Program-made: the position numbers and the translations under genes
Notes under the pieces: model-generated
The model's input: the letters and a program-made list of their open reading frames with translations, nothing else
Told to the model about the DNA's origin: nothing
The model's database searches: none
From: Eledone cirrhosa
Lineage: Eukaryota
Assembly (NCBI GenBank): GCA_964016885.1
Contig: OZ024740.1
Location: 234,980,001 to 235,044,000, forward strand
Direction of reading: 5' to 3'
Length of the DNA: 64,000 nt
Shown here: positions 24,247-36,087 of the stretch, one piece after another
Layout of the letters: each line of letters starts with the position of its first letter
Position numbering within the stretch: position 1 is the stretch's first letter

Positions 24247-24494
24247 ACTAAAGGTGGAAAACTGGGAGAGGGCACTTGCCTTGGTGGTCAGGGTCATTGT
24301 GGCTTTTTACTGGGCTTTCTCCACAAATGTCCCTCCGAAGTCTGCCCCCTATTGGGGAATTTTTCATTGTTATTTTTTGTTACATCCTCTGTTTTTGTTT
24401 TTTACACGCAGAAATGCCCATTTGTACCGTCCTGCATTGTCCTGCACTGTCCTTAATGTCTACTTTATGTAAACCCTTGTGGTTAATAAAGAAA

Positions 24495-24545
<51 letters not shown>

Positions 24546-24732
24546 GGCGGTGGATTGGCAGTATCGGTAGAGGGTCGGACGCCATGCTTTCCAGCATAGT
24601 TATGTCCCTTTACGATCTGAGTTCAAATCCCGCCGAGGTTGACTTTGCCTTTCATCCTTACGGGGTCGATAAAATAAAAGTACCAGTAATGCACTGGGTA
24701 ATTGCTGGCCTTGTGCCTAAAGTAGAAACAAT

Positions 24733-24733
<1 letters not shown>
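24546..24733 (+). mobile_element. SINE (main family), full length
   Basis: A box tggcagtatcgg, B box gttcaaatcc, core and tail. Confidence 0.92.
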
Positions 24734-24770
<37 letters not shown>

Positions 24771-24934
24771 GGGGGGGGTATGGAGAGATAGATAGACATT
24801 GTTAAAATATTTTGGTATATATTTTTTTATTAAGCCTACATTAAACCACGCTGTGTACAATAGACTCTGCGGTTATCCATCACGTCATTCTGCACACAGC
24901 GAAGCTAAATATGTGTTTATTAAACATAAACATG

Positions 24935-25148
24935 TGAATTGGCAGTATCAGTAGAGCGTCGGACAACATGCTTTGCGGCATATAGTTTCGTCTCTTTACG
25001 TTCTGAGTTCAAATTCCGTCGAGTTTAACTTTGCCCTTCATCCTCACTGAGTCGATAAAATAAATTACTAGTCAAGCATTGGGGTCGATTTAATCGACTT
25101 ACCCTACCCCAAAAATTGTTGGCCTTGTGCCCAAACCAGAAACAATTA
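24935..25148 (+). mobile_element. SINE (main family, longer variant)
   Basis: Family match; degenerate TSD attaaac.ta.acatgt. Confidence 0.85.
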
Positions 25149-25365
25149 AACGTACACATGTAGATTTAAAAAAAAAAAGTTATGGTAAACTTTTTAAAAC
25201 GGTATATAATATGATGAGTCACAAAAAACAACAGCATGCACACCTATCATTAACACGCTACAGCAGGGTACCTGGTGTTGCCCTCTAAATGCTAATTTTT
25301 TTTACAACCTATTCACTCGCAGGGTGTTAGTGAAATGTGTGTGTATGTATATATATTTATATATA

Positions 25366-26115
25366 CTAGCAGAATGGTCCAGCGTTGCTCGGGCTTCTAA
25401 ACATAGATTGGCATGTTTATCCCTCCTTTCTGAAACAGTACAGAGAAGTACGAAATACCTCAGCCTGGGGATGGAGTCTACATTTTGTGCTTATAAAAAT
25501 ATTCGTCGTAGATTACTAGGGGTTTAACTTAATTGGGTGCCTGAGAGTAAAATGTTAAACCTACGAAAGCCAAGACGATAGGGTTAAGTAAAAAGGCATT
25601 CGACAAACCGAACATGTATTTGTTGTGCTATGGTACAATGAAAGCAATAGTTACAGAGCAGTAAGCATGTGGGACTGCGAAGGAATTTAGTTGGATACTT
25701 TTAAGGTTACAAAAATCTACCCAATCTGATATAGACCGAACTGTTATACCGGATGCCGAACGCCTCAGAGTTACTATTGGGGTCACCATCAACAATTTCA
25801 AGGGATGTACGTTTAAGTAGGGATAATATAGACTATAAAGAGAGGAAACTCTTTCAAAATACTAAAGAGTTGTCTCTTTTGAACATTGTAGACAAACTTT
25901 CCGAACTAAACTGACAAAAAGGGTTTAAAGTTTTAGTGAAACAAACGCCTTTAACAACAGAAAATTGAAACATAAAAGCTGCAGTTAATACCTTTAGACC
26001 TCAAGGAATATATAAATGCAAGTTTGAAGTCAATCGGAGTAGAAATGTGGATTTGTATAGACTTTGCCAAAATTAGGACACACACACACAGACAACTTCA
26101 GTTTTATATATATGT
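25366..26115 (-). mobile_element. Non-autonomous Helitron-like element
   Basis: Minus strand ends cccgagcaacgctgg hairpin plus CTAG; starts with tatatataaaactg followed by a (GT)n tract. Confidence 0.55.
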
Positions 26116-26151
26116 ATATGTATATATATATATATTCACTCACAAGGTGTT

Positions 26152-26219
<68 letters not shown>

Positions 26220-26237
26220 TGTGTGTGTATATATATA

Positions 26238-26350
26238 TAATTGTTTCTACTTTAGGCACAAGGCCAGCAATTATCCAGTGCATTACTGGTACTTTATTTT
26301 ATCGACCCCGTAAGGATGAAAGGCAAAGCCCGCCGAGGTTGACTTTGCCT
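26238..26350 (-). mobile_element. SINE fragment with small inversion
   Basis: Tail and core reversed, then ccgccgaggttgactttgcct in forward orientation. Confidence 0.8.
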
Positions 26351-26704
26351 CTCAATAAAATGAATATTAAAACTCTACACCAGTATTGAGTACTCTTTTC
26401 TCTCAGCTCTCAGCTCTCAGCTCTCAACCACATACGGATATGTGTGTGTGTCTTTATTTATTTATGTATTTATTCTGAATCACACTGAGTTAATGCTATC
26501 GATAATTAATACTAGCCAGTCAAGCTTGCATTATATGTAAATAAACTTGGCAATTACAAGATATCGTACCTGATGTGAAACTGAGTCATTATTGTCAAGT
26601 TTCGAAACACGAGTAGTATCTACTTGTAAACAGCAGTCTATATTAGAAGCACGTTATACATTTGCTCTCAAGATTATTTTCTCTCAATACCTTTGGATAT
26701 TCCG

Positions 26705-26752
<48 letters not shown>

Positions 26753-26754
26753 GA

Positions 26755-27395
26755 TGTTTTTGATGACCCTCAGGACTCTGATATCGAAGCTGTCAACATC
26801 TTTGCCAGGGTCTTTGTGAGGGGGTCACGTTTCTGCTCCATAGAGAACGGAGAGGACCGATGCATTGTAAATACAGAACTTCGTTTTCTGGGAGATTGAG
26901 CAGTAACGACAAAAGGGCTTCGCCGACATGCATCAGCCATTGCCGTCATGCATCAGCTTTGTCTTCGCCCAGCTTACCTGAAGGCCAAGCTTTACTGATT
27001 CCTCTCGGTATACGGCCAGTGCATCTCTGAGCTGATTGATCGAGTTGCTGAATAAGGTGTGTCGTCTGCTTACTCCAGGTTGTTTAAGTGTTGATTCCCA
27101 AAGGTGACGCCAGAAACTCGTTCACAGACATTGGTCGTCAGATAGTTGATGACACAGTTGAAGAGTACGGGGGCAGCCATGCAGCCTTGGCTGACCCCGC
27201 TGATGATGGGGAACCAATCGGACTCCTTCTCGTTCACCTGCACACAGCTCTCGGCACTGCTATAGAGCCGTTGGAACAGGATGGTGATTTTTGGAGACGC
27301 GCCGACAATCTGGAGAATTTTCCAAGGGGATGCGTGGTTGACCGTGCCAAAAGCCGCCTTGAGGTCGACGTGAAGCCAAGTGAAGTTAGCAAGTG
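26755..27395 (-). pseudogene. RTE-clade LINE RT remnant
   Basis: VDLKAAFGTVNH, GVSQGCMAAPVLFN, LE*ADD, downstream YGAET-like motif. Confidence 0.85.
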
Positions 27396-27444
27396 TTGTT
27401 AGAGGTGGAATAACACGACAAAATAAATGGTTTCGTTTAAATAT

Positions 27445-30050
27445 TGTGGGGACTGCAGCGAGATAGAGGGGGGTGTAGAGCTGCCGTGGAAGGAGGACGT
27501 CTGACCGGAAGCAGGGGGACCGCGTAATAACACAGGATACGAGGTGGAGTGTTGCAGCTCTGGCATCGACGGAAGCCCATGGCAGTCGACAGCGACCGAC
27601 GTATGACGAAAGGAGACCAGCCGCTGTGAATAGTCGTCCGCGTGCGTTCGGAGGCCGGTGCTTCAGGTGCCAGGGCCCGCACATGGCAAGGGACTGCAGA
27701 GAGCCGCAGCCAGCTATAGTCTGCAATCGCTGCAAGCGATCAGGCCACATCGCAAATAATTGCGACCAGGGAAATGGTCTAAGGGGGGGCTACTGCGCCG
27801 GTAGCCACCCCTGAAGGCGAGTAGAGGCGCCTTTGCAGTCGCTGCCCGTAGTGGAAGTTTTGGCGGAAAGGAAGCCATCGCGAGCACTCGGGGACACGGG
27901 TTGCACAACAACACTAGTGACCATGGAGGTGGTTAAAAAGTAGAGCGGGATGAGTAGTATAAGGGCAGTCGACGGCAGGGAGATTAGATGCAGAGGTACC
28001 AGCGAGGTGTCGATGGTGGTAAGGGGAAGAAAAATTAGGCTTCGGGCGATCGTGATTGACCAGGTGGTGGACGGAATCGATGTAGTAATGGGCATGGACA
28101 CGATTGGCTGCCTTGGAGGTGTTACAGTGACTGAAGTCGGGGTGACGTTTGGTAGCGAGAAATAGACGGGAACTCTTCTTAATGTGTGGTAAATTGGTGG
28201 GCTACTATCCGATCGCAGGGTGGCTCCGGACGGCATGCAGCTATGTCAAGAGACGAGCAGACGGAGTGAGCTGGGCTGACAGGGTTGGAGAGAGGACAGT
28301 GGCCATGATGCAAGAAATCGTGGAGAGGGTAAAGGCAGATGAGCCAGTAAAAGGACGCTGGTACGTCCCCAAATCGGAGAGCGGGACCGTATGGTGTGAT
28401 ACCAGCAGTATAGCACTAGGCGTCACTCTGGAGATAGCGGGCTCGAGGTCGAGGACGCAGCCTGGCTCAGGAAGGAGGAGGACTACAACCACATCAACGT
28501 GGCCGAACTGGATGCTGTGCTGAGAGGGGTGAATCTCGCCCTGAGATGGGGGCTGCGCACCATAAAAATCTGAATTGACTCGGCCACTGTACTCGGATGG
28601 GTGAGATCAGTGCTTACCAGTGAGAGGAGGGTGCGAACGAGAAGGGCAGCAGAAATGTTGATAAAGCGCCGCCTGGGAACTCTGGGAGGGCTGTCCACAG
28701 ATTTCGGCCTGGAGTTGAGTGTGGTTTTTGTGCTCTCAGAGAAAATCAGGGCAGACGTAATAACCAGAGTGAAGAAAGCCTGGCTGGAAACGCCAGGGGA
28801 CGCAGAGAAGGGGATAGCGGCGGTGTGTCGGCTGAGTGATTCGGAGTTGAGGGGACTGCACGCCATGCACCACATGAGAGTGAATAGGACCCTGTTCCTA
28901 GCCAGAAGAATCGACTCTGATGTTAGCAGACAGAGTGTCCAGAGAGTGGTCGGAGGTTGCGACAGATGCCAGTCTATCGACCCTGCTCCGGGTGTGCACT
29001 AGACAGGAAGCATCCCGGGGGAGCACAACTGGAAGCGATTAGTGGTGGACGTGACACACTACCGTCATGGAACGTATCTTTCGATGGTCGATTGTGGGAT
29101 TGGGGCGGATGGCGATATGGAGGGAAATGAAGACAGGGACTGCGGAGGAAATCGTGCGGACGCTGAGAGAGAGATTCCTGGAGCGGGGCCCTGTGTATGA
29201 ACTGCTGATGGACAACAGCACGGCGTTTCGCTCGGAGGCGCTGAGGGAAATGCTTGACAAGTGGGAGGTGAACCGCTTCTTCAGAGCGGCATACAGGCCG
29301 AGCGGAAATGGGATCGTGGAGAGACATCATCGCACGATCAAGGCCATGGCGGAAAGGGGGCACACCTCGCCAACCGAGGCAGTGTTCTGGTACAACATGT
29401 CTCCACGGGTGGGACAGGCCGAGGAGTCAGTGCCACAGGGCAATATATAGATATGAATGGTGACACCCGTGCACGGTACCACAGCAGCCGGTGGAGAGAG
29501 AGAGCGCATTCATACGAGTGGGCGAAGAGGTATGGGTCAAGCCCCCGAACGCGCGTTGCACATCTCGATGAGGAAAGGGAATGCTAACCGCCATAAATTC
29601 CTAAAGCAACGTTTCTATGGACGGAATGCATCGTCACGTCTTGGACTTCCGTAGAGTCGTCGAGGCGACGATCTCCGAGGAAAAGGAAAATGAAAGTGCC
29701 GCCCCAACAGTGCGGGGGTCGCAACGGAGCCGCCGCCAACCTAGGTGGATGGCAGATTTTGAGATGAAGCAGTGTGATGGGGGCGATTGATCCTTGAGAT
29801 CAGGAGGACGTGTGGGGCTGCCGTGAGATAAAGGGGGGTGTAGAGCTGCTGTGGGAGGGCGATTGCCGGATTGGGGGATGCCTTTCCGGAAGCAGGAGGA
29901 CAGGGGCGACTCGAGGGACCAGGCGGTCAACAGAGGCCCCTCAGCTATACGCCCTGCAAGGTGACGGACGTGCGAAGACGGGCGCGAGCGGAAAGTACCC
30001 CTACGTGGACCAGAGAGACGCAAGGTAAGTCCGAATGCCTCCAGCTACAA
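27445..30050 (+). mobile_element. Degenerate Gypsy/Ty3 LTR retrotransposon with most of RT deleted
   Basis: Related LTR starts tgtgggg at 27445 and 29811 (purine tract before the latter); two gag CCHC knuckles, protease DTG, RNase H (WCDTS, AELDA), integrase HH-CC and D..D..E (VDVT, MDNS, IVERHH). Confidence 0.9.
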
Positions 30051-30081
30051 ATATAGAATTTACTTCACTTCAGTTAATAAA

Positions 30082-30437
30082 GGAACAAAGAATAAGATTA
30101 CTACAAGCCATAAAGGTTGACGATGTTTTTGCTGTTATTTCGTTATGCTGAAATAGAGAGTGACAAGAGATCGTTCGTTAGTTGTAGCAACAAGGTAGTA
30201 GTCAAAGCCCAGTGACCAGAGAAGGTGAGAGTCTGTAAGACCCAGAGAGAGAGTAATAGTTTGTAGACCCCAGGGGGTCTGTAGAAAGCAAATGTTTTAC
30301 ATCGTTACTCTATCGATTGCTTGGTCTAAGACAGGCTATTTATATCTGTCGCTTCCTCTGTTCCCTGCCTCGAGAACCACCGGGGTAACAAAGATCGCCC
30401 ACGCATAGACTTGTTTATGCCAGAAAGGCGGTAACCA
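30082..30437 (-). mobile_element. LTR-like repeat (partial)
   Basis: Close reverse-complement match to 60455-60835. Confidence 0.7.
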
Positions 30438-30994
30438 AGAAGAAGAAGAAGAAGAATGTTACTAATAGTTTCAATGAGACAATAAAGGTGTGCCATGCTC
30501 TGAACTCCTAACTCCTAATGGAATCGTAAGGGTACCGTCCTGATATATGGCGTGTCTTGGGCTTTCTAAAACCGGCGGAGCAAAATCTCGGCCAGATTTG
30601 AACTCACAGCGAAGAGAGCCGGAACGAATACTGCAATGCAGTATCCGACGTTGTAACGACTCTGCCAATTCGTAAAAGAATTTGGTTGAGTCCTTATAAT
30701 CAGACACATGATGGGATATCACGTTTATATTGCTGTTGTGGCTGCTGTATCAAATGCATACATTTTATTTTTTAAATATTTTATAGTTTTATTTTCGTCT
30801 AGCTACGTCATGGCTTCAAGCAAGAACAGCGTAAACAACAGTAGCAACAATAACAGGAGAATGAGAAACAGCAACAAATATTATAAACAACATTAACTAC
30901 AGTTATGTTATAATTGCTATTACAGACATAATATAATCAACAACAATGACGAGGTTATCATAAACAACAACAAAAACCGGTGTATACCATAGAC

Positions 30995-31173
30995 AAGCGG
31001 TCACCAACCTGTGGTCCGCGGACCATTGGTGGTCCGAGAGAAAACATGTTGGTGGTCCGCAGAGAAATGTTAATGTATTTATCTTTTAAAAAAAAATTCA
31101 TATTAATGGTCCGCGGGATTTAAAATTATGAATTTAGGGGTGTCTGTGAGATCCGAGAGGTTGGCGACCGCTG
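30995..31173 (+). mobile_element. hAT-type MITE
   Basis: TIRs agcggtcaccaacct / aggttggcgaccgct; TSD ccatagac/tcatagac. Confidence 0.85.
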
Positions 31174-31364
31174 TCATAGACAACGTTAGAACGTCAGATA
31201 CAATGCTTTGTGGTACTCGTTCCGGCTTTCTGGGCTCTGAGTTCAAATCCAAAGGACAGAAACTTAGAAAGCGTTGGGTAGTCTTTACATGGTTACTCAA
31301 CCTGCTAAAAATAGCTGCTTAGTCTCCCTCAAATAACTATATACTGTCTTTTTAATAATAATAA

Positions 31365-31551
31365 TAATTGTTTCTACTTTAGGCACAAGGCCAGCAATTA
31401 CCCAGTGTATTACTGATACTTTATTTTATCGACCCCGTAAGGATGAAAAGCAAAGTTAACCTCGGCGGGATTTGAACTCAGAATGGCAAGGGCCGTAACT
31501 CTATGCGCCAAAGCATGGCATCCGACACTTTACCAATACTGCCAATCCACC
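31365..31551 (-). mobile_element. SINE (main family)
   Basis: Family match with (AAT)n tail. Confidence 0.9.
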
Positions 31552-31885
31552 ATTAGCCACAAGGGCCGACATGTAGGGGCAATACAAAGACAGGGACAGT
31601 GGGGATTTACAATAAAGTCGAGTAAAAATGCACAATGGCAAGACTAATTTAACAATGGAGATATAAAAATATAAAATAAACTATGCATAAATATAACAAA
31701 ATAAATTCCCCTATAGGGGGTGGACGACCCAGGGGTGACTCAGGTACCCCACCAATCCTGAACCACCCTGCGCTTCTAGGGCACCCAGGGAGAGCACCCC
31801 TCTCATCATGTTACCTAGCCTACAGGCGTATGGTCAGAGTAGGCCCATTCACACGGGCCATTCTCGCCACATTCATCCACCTTTC
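31552..31885 (-). mobile_element. Tx1-like LINE 3' end (third subfamily)
   Basis: Minus strand encodes ERWMNVARMARVNGPTLTIRL*, followed by a 3'UTR with cccctatagggg and cttgtggctaat. Confidence 0.85.
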
Positions 31886-32425
31886 TGATTTAGGCACAAG
31901 GCCAGCAGTTTTTGGAGGAGGGGAAAGTCGATTAAATCGATCCCCAGTACATTACTAGTACTTTATTTTATCTACCCCGTAAGGATGAAAGTCAAAGCTA
32001 ACCTCAGCGGGATTTGAAATCAGAACGTAAAAGGCCGTAACTCAATGCCACAAAGCATATTGTCCTACGCTCCACCGATACTGCCATGGTTTCTGAATTA
32101 GGCACAAGGCCAACAATTTTGGGCGAGGAAAAAGTCGATTAAGTCGACCCCAGTACATTACTGGTACTTTATTTTATTGACTCCGTAAGGATTAAACGCA
32201 AAGCTAACCTCGGCAGGATTTGAACTCAGAACATAAAGGCCCACAGACACAAGGCCAACACTTTTTTTAGGAGGGGAAGTCGATTAAATCGATACCAGTG
32301 CTTTACTGGTACTTTATTTTATCGACCCGTGGTTAACTTTGCCTTTCATCCTTACGGGGGTCGATATAATAAAGCACCAGTAATACACTGGTGGAAATTG
32401 CTGGCCTTGTGCCAAAAGTAGAACA
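31882..32425 (-). mobile_element. Cluster of 3-4 SINE copies or fragments (last one inverted)
   Basis: Repeated cacaaggcc...tttattttat...ggatttgaa units. Confidence 0.85.
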
Positions 32426-32673
32426 TTATTAATAGTAACAACGTCCGACAATAATTTCAGGTGCGGGAATAAAAGCAACAACAAATAACACTCGCAGCAG
32501 TCACATTACTACACTACTACTACTACTACTACTACCACTACCACTACTACTACTACTACCACTACCACTACTACTACTACTACTACTACTAGATGAAAAA
32601 CAACAATAACATCCCCAGAAATGCATACAAATATTTACTTATCTTCTCTGTCCTTTGGCTTGTGTCTGAGAAC

Positions 32674-32720
<47 letters not shown>

Positions 32721-32735
32721 ACATACATATATATA

Positions 32736-34343
32736 TACTTCTGCTCTCAGCCGGTTCAGGATGACTGCCGAATACCTTCCCTGGCACTGATAGCAACGTG
32801 ATCCCTCTCCAGTTGTTGTAGTCGCTGAGACAGCCCTTCTTCGGTAGTGGTACAATCACTCCATTTCCCCAGTCCCCCGGCACCTCCTCTTCTTGCCAAA
32901 TCACATTGCATAAATGGGTGAGCTGCTCCTCTATTACATCCTTGCCGTGCTTCAGAAGCTCTGCAGGAATCTCATCCAGCCCTGCCACTTTGTTATTCTT
33001 TTGGCAGCGGATGGCCTTGGTCACCTCAGCTCTTGTGATGTCGTCTAGTCGTACATCCAGCCGGTAGCTCGCTTCCACCCAGTCAAGCTCGAAGACTGTG
33101 TTGAGGGATGGCTGATTGAGGACCTCACAAAAGTGTTCATTCCACCTCTGGGCTTGTTCTTCACTGGCTGCAAGCATCCGACCATCTTTGCTCTTGATTG
33201 GCAAACTGCTTCCACTTCGTCCTCCAGTTAGCTTCTGAGAGCAGAAGTAGATCGTCATCTTCGAGACGAACAGGCTGGATTCCGCAGTGGAAGGTCTTGT
33301 TCAGAGCAGATCTTCACTCTCCGAAATATCATTGAACAATGTCGGGTGTTCCACAAGTCCCTTGTTGTCAACTACATTGACTTCAGGAAAGCTTTCGACA
33401 GTGTTCATCGGGAGTCATTGTGGAAGATTGTAAGACTCTACGGCGTCCCAGAGAAATGTATTAACATCTTCAGCTCGCTGTACCGACATTCCAGGTGCTG
33501 CGTTAGGACAAAGGACGGAAACACGGAAATGTTTGACATCTTGACGGGTGTTCGACAAGGCTGCATCCTTTCGCCTTTCCTTTTCCTCATTGTCATCGAT
33601 TTCATCATGAAAAAGACAATGAGTGACCCTCGTTTTGGCATAGAGTTGGAATGGAAGGAGATTAAGTGACCTGCTCTTTGCCGATGACATCGTAGTGATA
33701 GGCCATTCCCGAGAAGACCTGCAAGAGATGACAAACGTTCTAAATGACAATGCAGAGAAAGTTGGCTTGCGCATCAGTTGTGAAAAAACCAAGACCATGT
33801 CGACAGGTGATCCTCCAAATTCACCCATCATGGTTGGTCAGCGTAACATTGAATGTGTAAACCACTTCCAATACCTTGGCAGCAACATCTCTGACGATGG
33901 GGATGCTGAGGTGGATGTGTGCACAAGGCTGGGAAAAGCAGCGGCGGTCTTCCAGCGACTCCGTCCGGTATGGTCCATGTGTTCCATCGGCAACGCCGTC
34001 AAATTCCGTGTTTACATGTCCATTGTAGTACCAACAGCGATATATGCCTGTGAGACATGGAAGAGTACGGAAAGTGTATGTAACAAGCTTGATGTATTCC
34101 ACCGTCGTTGCATTCGGACCATATTGAAAATTTCATGGAGAGACCAAGTTATCAACGACGAAGTGATGAGGAGGTCAGGATTGGAGAGGTTAAGGGACAT
34201 TGTCCCGGAAAAGGAGACGGCAGTTCGTGGGCCACATCCTTCGTTTGCCGGCAGATCGACCTGCTCATATTGCCATGGATTGGGTACCAGAAGGTGGCAG
34301 GAGAGAACGGGGAAGACCACGAAAAATATGGCGGAGCACATTC
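32736..34343 (+). pseudogene. RTE-clade LINE with inverted 5' segment
   Basis: Minus 32736-33234: RWNEHF, GLDEIPAELLK, NWRGITLLS; plus 33235 onward: EQAGFR, IDFRKAFDSV, GVRQGCILSP, LFADD, YLGS, YACETW. Confidence 0.92.
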
Positions 34344-34344
34344 A

Positions 34345-35166
34345 GTTTTGTTTATTTATTCATTAGTATGAGACTATTTTGTCAAAATAAGTATAAATGT
34401 TAAAGATATATTTAGCCAGAATTAGTTAGTGTTTATAAATCTAATAAAAGATATTGAAAAAATATTAAAAATTCGGGAAAATTTAAAAAAAAAAATTTAT
34501 AAGAGATAAGTAATTTTTAAAAATAGATAAAAAATTAAAGAAAATTAAAGAAATAAAAAATAAAGAATTAAAAATTATTAAGATTAAAATTACAAATCTA
34601 TTCTATCTATTTATTTTTCTATCTACTTATAACAGTAAATATTATATTAGAAAATAATTTTAACAACTAATTAATCGTAAATACACGTACCATTGAATAT
34701 ATTCCCCCAAATTTACGTGATTTGAGTTTTATTCATCCTCTCGTTAATTTCTTCTCTCTATCTCTCGTAATATTTTTTTATTTTTCTCTCTCTCTTTCTC
34801 CAGTGTGATTTAAATAAACGGTTGTTTTTCAATTATTTACATATTCATTTGCATATTCACACATAAGTTTGAATAATCCCTAATATATTTCCACCATCCA
34901 GTGAATTTCCAATCGATAAGGTATGATTTTCATGGGTATGTCTCTATTTATAAAACAAACTTTATATTTTATCTGATGAAAGCGCACCAATGTTATCTTG
35001 GTTGCCCTTGAAATATATATAATAAAATAAATATGGTTTTATAAATATAGTTTCTATTTATTTAATATCATTGAATATTTACTCCAGTATCTGTTGAGTG
35101 CTCTAAACCAGTTATAAACATTTATATTTGTCGGACTTCCAACAAATTAAATACCACTTCTACTTA
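34345..35166 (+). mobile_element. Penelope-like AT-rich 3' region and terminal repeat
   Basis: 34940-35166 aligns with 49930-50136 of the GIY-YIG element; contains a hammerhead motif. Confidence 0.65.
34965..35029 (+). ncRNA. Type I hammerhead ribozyme motif (family A)
   Basis: tattttat-CTGATGA-helix II (accaa/ttggt)-GAAA-tatatata-ataaaata. Confidence 0.75.
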
Positions 35167-35176
35167 TATATATATA

Positions 35177-35390
35177 TGATGGCTGCTAAGAGTACTGAAA
35201 TCACTTGTCAGATTATGTTGAGTTCCTCCGCTCTTTGCCGGGTCTTGTATATCATCCCGCAGAGTGTCCAAAATCACCCTCCTCACCAAGCAAGCTTGGT
35301 GGGGTTGCCGGTTTAGTCGCCGACGACCCGACCATGAGACAGGTTGTACTGGGTTACATGTTATCAGGAGCACTCGAGAGTGACCTGGCA
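35177..35390 (-). mobile_element. Short RTE-like non-autonomous repeat
   Basis: Same head as 7380-7558 and 53660; ends gcagccatcat like 57328 and 57582. Confidence 0.55.
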
Positions 35391-35613
35391 TATATATATA
35401 TATATATATATATAAGTATGTATACGTACATACATATATGTATACAGACGTACAGTAGTATGTATATACATACATGCACACATATATATATGTACGTATG
35501 GGTTTACCGAACATTTATTATAATGTTCGGTTTGTTTGTAAACAAACAGCCCGAATTAAGCCATACAGTGTTCGCCAACCATCGTTGCCTTTTTGTTCAA
35601 CACTGACAAAGGA

Positions 35614-35656
35614 ACGATGAACTAGTTTCTAGCTTATTAGCTGTCATCGGCACCGT
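35614..35656 (-). ncRNA. Minimal type I hammerhead motif (family B, U4C variant)
   Basis: Minus: acggtg-CCGATGA-c agct aata agct a-GAAAC ta GTT-catcgt; helix III palindrome actagt. Confidence 0.65.
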
Positions 35657-36032
35657 ATACCTTCCTATCAGAAATGAAATTTCATTTTTTCCATTTATCG
35701 TTTTCGGTACGCCCGGCCGACTAACTCACTCGATATGCAAATTAGGCTGCTCAACTATTAATATGCATAAGGAAAGTATATCGATAAGGATAAATATATA
35801 TCAAATATATAAGAACCGTAGAGCAAATATTTATTAAAATCTGTTATTTTAATAAATATATATATATACATATATACATACATATACACACACATATATA
35901 CATATACATATGTACTTATGGATTATATCGTACATTAATAATAATGTTCAATTCGTTTGTAAACAAACGGTCCGATTTGAAGCTGTGCCGTGCCGGTAAC
36001 CGATTGTCACTTGTTTGTTCAACACTGGATTT

Positions 36033-36087
36033 GAGGAACAATCTACATGTTTCTGGGTCATTTCCCTTCTTCAGGACTGTATACCTC
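36033..36087 (-). ncRNA. Minimal type I hammerhead motif (family B)
   Basis: Minus: gagg.tat.acagtc-CTGAAGA-a ggg aaatga ccc a-GAAAC at GTA-gattgt.t.cctc; helix III palindrome acatgt. Confidence 0.8.

Larger units (their letters stand above)
18626..24496 (+). mobile_element. Near full-length Tx1/L1-clade non-LTR retrotransposon (subfamily A)
   Basis: 5'UTR, ORF1, ORF2 (APE-RT-CCHC), 3'UTR ending AATAAAGAAATC; (ATT)n on both sides. Confidence 0.95.

Noticed and set aside
24546-24640. tRNA gene
   Set aside because: A and B boxes are present but continue into SINE core and tail; many dispersed copies with TSDs
27070-27750. Single 226-aa ORF as a novel protein
   Set aside because: Chance read-through joining antisense Gypsy sequence to an RTE RT fragment
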